Shown in pieces: positions 26,100 to 36,830 of a DNA stretch of 64,000 nt. A model generated the notes under the pieces. It had not been told where the DNA came from, did not search any database, and saw only the letters and a program-made list of their open reading frames with translations. Made by a program: the position numbers and the translations under genes. The DNA is from Camelus ferus (lineage: Eukaryota): positions 22,134,001-22,198,000 of the forward strand of contig NC_045716.1 of the NCBI RefSeq assembly GCF_009834535.1, read 5' to 3'. How positions within the stretch are numbered: position 1 is the first letter of the stretch; each line of letters begins with the position of its first letter.

Positions 26100-26240
26100 A
26101 TTGGCCAAAAGTTTCCGCCCCCTCAGGGAAGTTGATTTTCCATTGGCTAGTCCCTGGTCACGTGACCTTCCTTTCTGAGGCCGCAAAGCCGGAGAGGCAG
26201 CAACAAGTTCAGCTGAAGACTGAAGCAAGAGCTAAGTCAG
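26100..26240 (+). promoter_or_regulatory. PBXIP1: PBXIP1 promoter and non-coding exon 1 (donor CAG|GTAATG at 26240)
   Basis: GC-box-like CCGCCC near 26115, inverted CCAAT near 26142, palindrome GGTCACGTGACC 26156-26167, then a splice donor. Confidence 0.7.
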
Positions 26241-27904
26241 GTAATGCCCTAGCGGGGAAGGGGCCACCGAAATCCCTGTGAGAGGAAGGATAGAGGAGAG
26301 GAAGGGCAGAGCTCAAAAGGATTGAGCTCCACGGGGAATCTGTCACTTCTGGGCCGGGGAAAAGGAGAGCATGGGCGGACGTTTCCAAAACAGGAACTTG
26401 CTCGGGGTCTCCCAGGCAAGTTTTTGTGTCCCTAGGTCCTTTGCTTTAGAGGTTTGGGGGAACAACTCTTAGAGGGGTTGAAATTAGCCAGAAGAGACTT
26501 TCCGGCTTTGTACAGTGTGGGAGAGCTCCCCCTTTGGCTGTTTTTTAGAAATAACACAAGTCCCTGACAATCGTTGCAAGATGTTTTTGTTGGATCCTGC
26601 CTGAATGAAAAGAGAGGGAATAGTGGGGAGGGGGGTGGAGATGGGTTTTCTTCCAAGAGGGCGATGAGAAGAAAGAAAGCTGAAAACACAGCCGGGAAGG
26701 GTGGAGATTAGATAGCAGAAGGAACTTCCTAATAAGGCAGAGAGATCTTTTGGAATCTTGGGTGAATCCAACCAAGAGAGAGGTACCAACCAGAGTTTGG
26801 AACCCTGAGGTCCAAGGGTTCCAGACGGTCTCCTGTTTGGGTCTCAGAAGTGTTTGTCTTTGTTGACCCAAATACCCTTGCTGGTTTCCATGGAGATAGT
26901 GGGTCTGACATCACCCTGGTTGCCATGGTGCCTGGTTCTGGAGGACCTGAGCAGGCTGCACACAGCTAGGGATAAACAAGGACTTCGGCCCAAGCTGCTG
27001 CTACTTCCTTCCTGCCACCACCTGTTAAGAGTCACACGCAGCAAGTGGGGATGGGAAGATGACAGAACAGTGGGGGAGGGGCCTGAGCCCAGAGGGCTGC
27101 ACAAGTGATGCTTCTATGGATACCTGTAGAAGCTGGCCAGGGGTGTTCTGTTGGACATGGTAGGGGAAGGTCATTGCAGCTGTTCTCCTGGCTCCTTGTG
27201 GGATGGGTGCATGTGTCTGCGAGGCATAGGTATTGGGGAAGACACTGGGAGATGTCTTTCATCTGTCCTGGGCTTGGATCTTGATTAGCAAGGGCTGCAG
27301 AAGGTTATAAGGGTGCCGTGTAGGACTCGCACCAGCTTAAACAGGGGAGCAGCGTGGTGGTTTTCAAGGTAGAACTATCACACTTCTTCCCAAGCCTCAC
27401 TTCGTTTTCCCAGGGTTTCCTTACAGAACCCTTTTCTACTTGCCACCCTTCTATCTCCTCAGCAAGCAGTCATTTATCCTCCTCTAAAGGATCACAATCT
27501 AAGACTCTAGGCCTAGAGTTAGCTCATCTATCCCTCCACCTCTATGACAGGTCCCAGCTGCCAGCCTGAGGGGACAGTCTTGGCCATAGATGGAGGGTAG
27601 GTCCCTCTCTCCTTATCCCACCTTGTGTCAGGCTTTGGAAGCTGGAATGACTTCCCCCTCTTCACCTAGCCAAGTCAGAGCAGATTAGCAGTGGGCAGGA
27701 CCATAGCCCTGATGTTTGTCCATGCTTTGCAAACCATAAAGTGCTTTATTTATGATAGTTGCCAGAAATCCCTTTTCCCAGTCACCTTTAAGTTTCCTAT
27801 GATGAAATTCTGGAGGTTACTAAGAACGGAAACAGTATTTAGAATGGAGCGTGAGAGTGATAAGGAGATTTACTAAAGGTATATTCAGAAGGATCTAAGC
27901 TATG

Positions 27905-28050
27905 CCAGCCCTTCTCAACCCTGGCTGCACATGAGAATCATCTGGGAGGCTTTAAAAAAGACCCATGTCTGACCCTGACCCTTGAACCAATCAGAATCTT
28001 AGGTGATTGATTCCATTGTGCAGCCAGTGTACAGAACTCCTGAACTAGAC
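27905..28050. mobile_element. MER5-like MITE in PBXIP1 intron 1
   Basis: CTTCTCAACCCTGGCTGCACATGAGAATCATCTGGGAGGCTTTAAAA...GATTCCATTGTGCAGCCAG. Confidence 0.6.
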
Positions 28051-28625
28051 CCTACACAGGACTCGTGGTGAGTGGGTGGGTGGGTGGGAGACTTGGGACT
28101 GAAGGAGACCTTCGAGTCTTCTCCCCAGGCCCTAGGGGAGGAGGTGGTGGTTGTGGGGGAGCCTAGGGTGGTGAAGGGAGGGCTGGGTTATTCCTCACTC
28201 TTCTTACGAGCCGTTCATCTTCGGCAAGCCATCAGTCACCTTTCTGGCCTTCATTTTCCCCTGACTATAACGTGAAGGAATTGGCCTGGATGTTTTCCCA
28301 AAGCTTTTCCAGTCCTATGCTTCTCTGACCTTTCAAGGTCAGTTCAGTTTCCCAGTTTCCAGAGGGCCCTTTTGGTCCCTGAGAGAGGCCGGCTTCCCTG
28401 TGGCTGTTGGCAGGTTCTGATTTGCAAGGCAAATACTGCTGAGGAGTTGAGGTGTTGGGGTCAGAAGGACTGGAACCAAGTTGGTTCTGGAAGCTACTGC
28501 CCAGCCCTTAAACCTTGGCATCCGGCCAAGGCTGCTGTCTGTATCCTGTCTCTCCTGAAGGGAGCTGGGATCCTTAAGAGAGCCTTTCTCTGCAGGCGGC
28601 AGCCTCAGCAGCCTCCGGGACAACT

Positions 28626-31600
28626 ATGGCCTCCTGCCCAGACTCAGACCACAGCTGGGTGCTCGCTGGCGCAGAGGTAGGAAAAGCAGGCCTGGAAACC
28701 ATATGGAACGGGGTTTCCTGCAAGGCGGGGCTGCTTTCTGAGTCTGTCCCCTTGGTCTTGATGGTCACCTGCATCACCTCCAGCTGGCTATGAGAGGAAC
28801 TGTAGTGTCAGGGAGAAGGCGAGTCAGGTATTGGGACTCAGACCATGCCTTGAAAGAAGGGAACCACCAGGGTAAGCTGTGAGAACTAGAGAAGAAATTC
28901 TGGTGGGGAGACACGCATGAGCAAAAGTTCTAAGGCAACAGTGGGGCAGCCACGATGGGGGAGCCTGAGGACTTCCACTGGATGAGGTGGAGACAGTGTT
29001 GAAGAGAGATTTGGCCAAAGCTTGGGAACCTCTGAAAGAGGCCTGAAGGGCCTGGCTCAGGCATTTGGGCCTCCTCCTGATGGGAAATCACTGAAGGGCA
29101 CTGAGTTAGAGGGACAGCCAGTTAGTCAGGACAGCCAGTGCCTTGAGCAGAGGGTGCAGCCACTGTGTGGCCAGGGTTGGAACAAGGGGAGAGCTTTTTT
29201 GAAGGTCCTGCCGTCCAGGTGGTATTTGGTGGGATGGGAACCAGTGGACTCCTGTGCCTCTGAAGCCACTGAGAAGGGGGCTGGCAGAATGGGGACTGGG
29301 TGGCTGGAGCAGTTTGTCAAGGGCTTGGTATGTTAGAACCACCAGGAGGAAGAAGGTGCGGAGCTCAAATTAGACATGTTGAATTTGGGTGCCGGTTGGG
29401 AGTAAGGGAGCTGCCCTCAGGGTGACGCTGGAGCAGGACACATGGACTGGGGCTTGTGGACAGAGGAGGATGGACACCAGGCTCCCAGCCAGAGCCCTGG
29501 CCTCCTGTTGGAGTGCCTTTACTGACAGCTGGGGGACCTGGGGCAAGCTGCTTTACCCGCTTCTCTTCCCCTGTAAAAGAGGAGTCAAGATTTCTGCCGG
29601 GTAGGAGGGGCCGTGAGAAAAAAGTGGCTTGAAAATTGTAAAGAAGTTACAAACTAAGTTACCAAGTCAAGAATTATTCTTGGAAGGAGAGCGGGAGCCA
29701 CGGGTGGGATGAGTAGGGGTGGTGGGTGCAGGGTGGGCATACCGAGGGGGATGTGCAGAGAAAGGAGAGGCCGCAGCTGGATGGCAGGGCCGAGAGCACT
29801 GTGGGAGACAGGCTGGGTGAGGCTGGGATGAGTTGGGCTCTGTCAGCTTCTGGGAGACAGGGTGTGGGGAGTGGGAAAGGCCAGAAAAGCTTGGAAGACG
29901 TAACTGGTGTGGGTGGCCCATTGTGAGGGTCACTGCAGGGAAGCCCGCGGGGGTCATGACTGAGATCCTTAGGCATCTGGGGGATGTCGTTCTCTGGCCG
30001 TCCTCCCACCTTCCAACTGATAACTGAGCTTGTCACTTGGGAGGAAAATCCAGGCTGTAGCCGGCTTCTCTGGGGAGGTAGGGGCACCAGGTTTGTACAG
30101 TGGTCCAGGGCCTTGGTCCAGGGGTGCTTCTTCATTTAATAGAAACTTGGCCTCTGTAAGTTCCTCAGAGCAGCAGGTGAGGTTAGGGAATGGCCAGATA
30201 CTACGCGGAGCAGAGATGTCACTGCGCCAGCTGCCCCTGCCCCCTCCCCACTTTGGAACATCCCACTACTGAATGTATCGCACTTTTGCGAGATGTGAGT
30301 TGGGGTCCCTGAGCGGTGCGGCTGGTTCCAGGCACCCCAGTAGAGCACCCTGTGCTCTTGGTTTCATCTGGCCGTCCTTCCTCTGGAGCAGCCCTTCTGC
30401 TTGTGCCCCTTCCCCCAGAGCCTGCCTGTGGAGACCCTGGGCCCAGAATCCAGGATGGGCCCAGAATCTGAGAGACCTCCCCAGGCCCCTCGGAGCCCCT
30501 CCAAGGTAGCTGCTGAAGAATTAGCTGGGACCTTGGATGGAGAAGGTAACAGCCCTGCTGAGGGGGGGTTGCAGCCACCTCTCCCCCATGTTCTGGGGTT
30601 GTCCAGTTTCCTCAAGGAGAGGGAGGCTGGTTGGTTTTATTCCCTGCATTTATCTCAGTTTAAAACCTGCTTCGCTTGTTCTGTCCTGACTTTCCCCTGC
30701 CCTTCCAACTTGGTGGAGGCCTGCGGGAGCCAGAGGGCCGTGTAGGAGGTTCCGCGGGGGGGTGCTGTAGTGTTTTCTTGACCCTCTTCTCCTGCACAGA
30801 GACCCTGTTCCAGAGTGAGAGCTCCCTATCTGGGCCCATTCTGCCAGAGGAGACTAAGGCCAAGGTGAGGACCTTCACTGTGGGGAGGGGGGGAAATGAG
30901 GAGGGCCAAGAGCTGCTCATGTCTGTGTCTGCATCAGGGCATTCTGGATGGTGATGGTTGTGGAATGGAGCCGCCTGGCCCAGAAGACACAGAGGCCCAG
31001 GGAGACTTGGAGGAGACCCCTGTCGTGGTAGGCCTGGGACCAGACACACAGGACCTGGAGGATGAGAGTCCCCCCGACAGCCTGGCCTCCTCCCCCAAAA
31101 CAGGTGAGGATCCTCCTTCTCTCTCTCTGCCATGTCCTTCTAGAAGGTGTGGGAGCAGAAGTAGATATCACCCTGGGACTCAGCAGCCTGGCCACCCTCT
31201 TTAAATTGTGTCAGTGAATCCTAACCACCACCCCTGAGGACACTGAGGCTCAGGTTAAGTGACTTGACCAAGGTCACACAGCTGGCAAGTCACAGGACCC
31301 AGGTCTGGTCAACTCTTTACTCTCTGCGGTGGGGCCTCCTCTTTTCTTGTCTCTAGATTCACCTCTCATTCCCCGAGTCCTTTCCATGTGTCATCTCTGC
31401 GGAGGGAGGTTGGGTTTATGGCCTGTGTAAGAGGCAGGCTAGACTGAGCCAGGATGCAAGTCGGACCTATGAGGGGTGCAAAAAGGAGGTGTAATTTAGG
31501 TGCTCTCACAGGAGGGGTGGTTGCGTCAGGGGACAGGTAAAGGGGAAGCGAGAGGCAGGGACAGTTGGGGAAAGGTTCACACTGAAGGTGACGCTTGGGT

Positions 31601-34600
31601 GAAGCCTTGAGCAAAGAGTAGGCTTTTGGTAGGTAGGGTAGGAAGAAGAGAACATTCGAGGCCAAGGATGCAGCATCAACAAAGGGATGGGGCCCCTGTC
31701 CTGTGCTGAGGAGGCTGCATCCGTGTCTTGTGTCAGAGGGGTGTATGAATCCATCTCTGTTGACGGTGACGGGCTGGAGGGGGAGGCCGGGGGCTGGGGC
31801 CATTTAGGGGACAGCTGCAGCAGTCAGCCCTGAAGTAAGGCAGCTACGAGGCATGTGACCTGAGATGTTTACCTGTTGAATCGTTGCATTGTCTGGGGCT
31901 GAGGTTGGCCAGATGGCAGCAGTGGCTCCTTGCCCAGGATTGGGGGAACACCAGAAGACATCCAGTTTGAAGGGCAGTGTGTTAAGTGGCCCCTGAGGGA
32001 CACCAAGGTGGGAGTGGCCAGTAGGCAGTCAGACCTCCAGGTCTGGAGCTCTAGGGAGGCCAGGTCGGGAGTTACAGATTGGGACTCCATCTGCCATGGG
32101 AGGAAGCCAGCGGGGTGGGTGAGATAGTGGGTGACTGCGTACAATGAGAAGAGCAGAAAACCAGAAATGGTGCCAGGGAGACCTTCGCCTTTAGGACTAG
32201 GAAGAGCCAGGGTTTGGACAGGACCGGGACGGGGGAGCAGTTGCAGGAGCTTCAGGAAGGAGGACGCTTTTAGGATGAAAGCTGCTCTTGTAGTTTGTAG
32301 GTTGAAAGGGCTGATCTCTCACCTCCAGACCGGGCAGGGGTGGCCACTGACCCAGGCAGACATGGGCAGGGTCTCCATGTGCCCCCTCTGCTGTCAGGGC
32401 TGGAGACCTCCCGTTCTTCCCTCTCTTTCTGTCTCTCTGTATGTCCCATCTCTCCAGTTTCCTTACTGCCCTGTCCCCACCCCTTCCTGCAGCTTGGATC
32501 AGGGAGGAGGCCCACTGCTCTACCAGTGAGGATGACACCGACGTGGATGTGGAGGGTCTGCGGAGACGGCGGGGCCGGGAGCCCAGCATTCCTCAGCCTG
32601 TGGCCCCCGTGGGGGTAAAGGACCAGGCCAGGGGCGAGGGTGCAGGCGGGGAGCTGGGCATCTCCCTCAACATGTGTCTCCTTGGGGCCCTGGCCCTGCT
32701 GGGCCTGGGGATCCTCCTCTTCTCTGGTGAGTAGTTGCTGCTGCTGGGGCCTTGAGCCCCTACTCTGGCACCTCCTGCCACATTTTCGCCCTGCTCCACC
32801 CCTTTTTCTGAGGGCCTGACAGACCCCTCTGTCTCCATTTTCAGGTGGCCTCTCAGAGTCTGAAAGTGGTGAGTGGGGACAGGCCCTGGCTGGTTTGTGT
32901 CCGTCCCCTTCCAGCCCTGAGGGAGGCTGATGGGGGCAGTTCCCTGGGTCAGGAGTAGGGATGCTGGGGGCTGTACACATTTTGCTCAGTTGTAGGCCTT
33001 GTCAGCTATTCAGGGTGACCCTTGGCCCTTTACGTCACTGGACCTCTCAGCCATAGAGTCGGTCCAGGGCAGGAGAGTGACTGTGGGTGGGTGGGTGGGG
33101 GGAGAAGAGGGGTTTAATATGCCTTGGGGCCAGTTTCAAGATTGCACTTTCCCACAGGACCCATGGAGGAAGTGGACCTGCAGGTCTTCCCAGATCCCGG
33201 GTCGGATACTGAGAGGCTGGAGGCTGCGGGAGATGGGCAGGCATGTGTGACTGTCTCCATTGGTGTGTGGTGCCTGGTGGGGGAGATCCAGGGCTACCAG
33301 GGTTGTGGGGCGGGGTGGGGGTGACTGGCTCCTTTGCCCTCAGGATGAGCCAAGGCAGCAGCTGCAGGCCTCAGCGCCCCCTGACAGTGTCCCCAGCCTG
33401 CAGAACATGGCCCTTCTGCTGGACAAGCTGGCCAGGGAGAACCAGGACATCCGGCTGTTGCAGGCCCAGCTGCAGGTGGGCATGAGCAGGAGGTGGGTGG
33501 GCTAGGCCAGCCCTTCCTAGGCCAGGTGTCTGTCCTAGTGTCCTTCCCTAAAAGAAGTTTCCACTGTTCATCCACATACTTTGACCCTCTCCCTTTCCCA
33601 CTATAGTCAAGTCCTTTCTAGTTCTCTGTTCACATCCCACATGCTCAGGTTTAGGCCAGGACTGGCATACCTGTTTCACGTGGCATGCCACCTCTGCTTG
33701 ATTGGCATGGTCTGCCTGGAGCATTGTGAGGGGGAGGGATTGAACAACATGCCAAGGCTCAATGGGAAAGAGGTGCTGTGATCAATTAACAATGTCTGCT
33801 CTGGGTATGGGAGGTGGACATAGGACGAGAGCCACATCTTGGCTATCTTTAGGTGAATCAGAGAAGTGTGTGCTTATAAAACGCCATAGAAACTGAAGTG
33901 AAGGGTGGGGATAGGAAGGACGAGAACCAAATCCTCTCGAGTGTCCTGGGCCATAAAGGGGCTTGGGCCACTTGCCCACTGCAACAGAATGAAATTAGGG
34001 TAGAAGGCACTGGGCTTATCCTGACAAGGACCTCTCCTTGTGCCCTTCCTCTCTACCCCTAATTCCAGGCCCAGAAGGAAGAGCTTCAGAGCCTGATGCA
34101 TCAGCCCAAAGGGCTGGAAGAGGAGAATGCCCGGCTCCGAGGGGCTCTACAGCAGGGCGAGGCATCCCAGCGGGCCCTGGAGTCAGAGCTGCAGCAGCTG
34201 CGGGCCCAGCTCCAGGGGCTGGAGGCTGGCTGTGTCCGGGGCACAGATGGGGTGTGCCTCCACTGGGGCAAAGGCCCACAGGGTGGCAAGGCGACCAAGG
34301 AGCAGGGCCTCAGCGGGCAGGAGCTGAGCCCTGGCTTCCTGGAGCAGAAGGAACGGCTGGAGGCTGAGGCCCAGGCGCTAAGGCAAGAGTTGGAGAGGCA
34401 GCGGCAGCTGCTGGGTTCTGTGCAGCAGGACCTGGAGCGGAGCTTGAGGGATGCAGGCCGAGGGGACCCAGCCCATGCTGGCCTGGCTGAGCTGGGCCAC
34501 AGGCTGGCCCAGAAGCTGCAGGGCCTGGAGAACTGGGGCCAGCGCCCTGGGATCTCTGCCAATGCCTCAGAGGCCTGGCGTCAGGAACCTCACTTCCAGA

Positions 34601-35926
34601 GTTCCAGGGAGCGGAGTGGAAAGGAAAAGAGGTGGGATGGGCAGGGGGACCGGAAGACTGAGCGTTGGAAACTTAAGAAGGAGGAAACTGGCCGGGAAAA
34701 GAAGAGCTGGGCGGGTGAAGAGGACAGGGAGTTGGCAGGGAGGTGGAAGGAGGGCAAGCCAAGGGTGGAGGAGTGGGCCAGCAAGGATGGCAAGCGACAG
34801 GGTTCCAAGGAGCCCCCCAGGAAAAGTGGGGGGTCCCACTCCTCCAGAGAAAGGCAGAAGCACCCTCGGTGGAAGGAAGGGGCTAAAGATGGGCATGACC
34901 CCCTACCACTCTGGGCAGAGCTGTCAAGGCACAAGTACCGGGCACCCCAGGGCTGCTCAGGTGTGCACGAGTGTGCCCGGCAGGAGGGCCTGGACTTCTT
35001 TGGCATGGAGCTCGCCCCAGTGCGGCAACAGGAGCTAGCCTCTCTGCTGAGGACTTACCTGGCGCGGCTGCCCTGGGCTGGGCAGCTGAGCAAGGAGCTA
35101 CCCTTCTCTCCTGCTTACTTTGGTGAGGATGGTATCTTCCGCCATGACCGCCTTCGCTTCCGGGACTTTGTAGACGCCTTGGAAGACAGCCTGGAGGAGG
35201 TGGCAGTGAGACAGACAGGTGATGATGATGAGGTGGATGACTTTGAGGACTTCATCTTCAGCCACTTCTTTGGGGACAAAGCACTGAAGAAGAGGTGGGC
35301 AACTGTGGGGAAGTTAGATGGGTGGGACAGAATAGGAGGCAGGGAGTGGTGGGGGGGGATGTGAAGGAGCCAGGGTCCTGAGGAGAGGTCTTCAGTTTGA
35401 GGTTTTTCTCTCTGCTTTTAGGTCTCCCCTCCCCCCACAGCCAATACTTTCCTGTCTTCCCTTGAGGGCAGGAAGCTGCCTGTGCTCACCCCAGAGTGGT
35501 CCTGGGGAGTCCCCTTTTGGGCTGGCGGAATTCCTCCCCCTCCCCAACCCCGTTTTTCTGTCCTGTCCTGCCTATATCCCCATGGCCAGGGGCAGTGGAG
35601 GGCGGGAGGGAAGGGGTGGTAAGGGAGATTGCTTCCCACCTTCCTGCCTGCCCAACTGGGGCCTTCATCCTGGGAGACCAGGTCTGGCCACACTCCCTTC
35701 CCCCCAATATGATTATTGGTGGTGGCTGCCTATGTCACCTGCCTTAGGAGAAATAGGGTCCCCTCTCCTCAGGGAGCCCCTTCTCATCACATGGCATTGT
35801 CCTCTAAAGGCCTCTCCCTGCCCCCACCCCATGTCTCCCCACAGGTCTGGGAAGAGGGACAAACATTTGCGGAACCCCAGAGTTGTGGGGCCCAGGGAGG
35901 AGCACAGCCACCACCGCCGGGGCTGA
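28626..35926 (+). CDS. PBXIP1: Pre-B-cell leukemia transcription factor-interacting protein 1, 729 aa. Exons 28626-28676, 30419-30545, 30800-30864, 30938-31103, 32493-32726, 32845-32868, 33158-33240, 33344-33475, 34069-35294, 35845-35926
   Basis: MASCPDSDHSWVLAGAE|SLPVETLGPESR...; TM segment LNMCLLGALALLGLGILLFSG; coiled coil ENQDIRLLQAQLQ|AQKEELQ; C-terminal DDEVDDFEDFIFSHFFGDKALKKR|SGKRDK...HRRG*. Total 2190 nt, in frame using a GC donor at 33241. Confidence 0.96.
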
Positions 35927-36453
35927 GGCCCTGCTTATCTGTCCCCTGGGAACCGTTAAACTGCCACCTCCCCCTGCTGGTTTGGTGTCCTTGGATATCC
36001 TTCACAGCCCTGCACTGATACCACTTTCTCTAGAAAAAGGCCTTAGCTGGACCTGCCTTGCTATCTATGCAAATGTATGCAAATGCTCAGGGCCCTGGGC
36101 CGTGACCCTTGCAGCCTGATTGTGTCACGCCAATGTGAAGGGGGATGGGAGAAAATCCTGTTTTTCAGTGGGATGCAGTGGAGGTAGGTGTGTGGAGGCA
36201 ATTCTGACTCTGAAGCCAAAGTGCTTTCCTCCTCTTGTGTGTGTGGGGGCCCCCAGAGTGGCCCCTTGGCTGCACGCACTGCCCCGTGCCCCCTGGGGTT
36301 TGACTAGCCTTGCTGGCTGGAGGCCCAGCATGAGGGTTTTCCCTGGGGTTTTGTTAGATTTGGAAGGAGCTGTCCCCAGGAGATGAAGTCCCCTTTTTAG
36401 CTCTGTTCCTCGTGTGGCCTCACCTCCCCATGTGAACTATAGACTCAGATCCC

Positions 36454-36459
36454 AATAAA
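36454..36459 (+). terminator. PBXIP1 polyadenylation signal AATAAA
   Basis: CCCAATAAAATGC about 530 nt after the stop, followed by GT-rich sequence. Confidence 0.75.
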
Positions 36460-36689
36460 ATGCTATTGGAGCTGTGACATTGGGTGGGGGCTCTGTCACT
36501 TGGGGCTGTTTCTAAGCACAGCGGACACCCACACCCACCATCTCATGGGCACTGGTACTCGCATTCTCCCATATACTCCTCTCCCCCTCACCTCACCCTC
36601 CCAGCAAACCTCAGGCCCCCTGGGCTAGAACTCCCCATTTTGCTCACAGCTGCCTTGGCTGCACCCCTGGGAGATGGGGAAATATGCGA

Positions 36690-36830
36690 GTGGGTTTTGG
36701 AATCGGAGCCTTGGGCTCAAATCCAGGCTGAGTGATATTGGGCAAGTTAATCTCTGGGAGACTTGGGCTTCTAATCTTCAAAAAAGGAGATTGAGGGGCT
36801 GGGGAAGAGATTAAATAAAGCAGTGTAAAC
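36690..36830 (+). mobile_element. MIR fragment
   Basis: GGAATCGGAGCCTTGGGCTCAAATCC...TTGGGCAAGTTAATCTCT matches MIR. Confidence 0.6.

Noticed and set aside
34101-35038. Antisense and alternative-frame ORFs over PBXIP1 exon 10
   Set aside because: Shadows of a GC-rich coding exon; no independent start, promoter or splice evidence.
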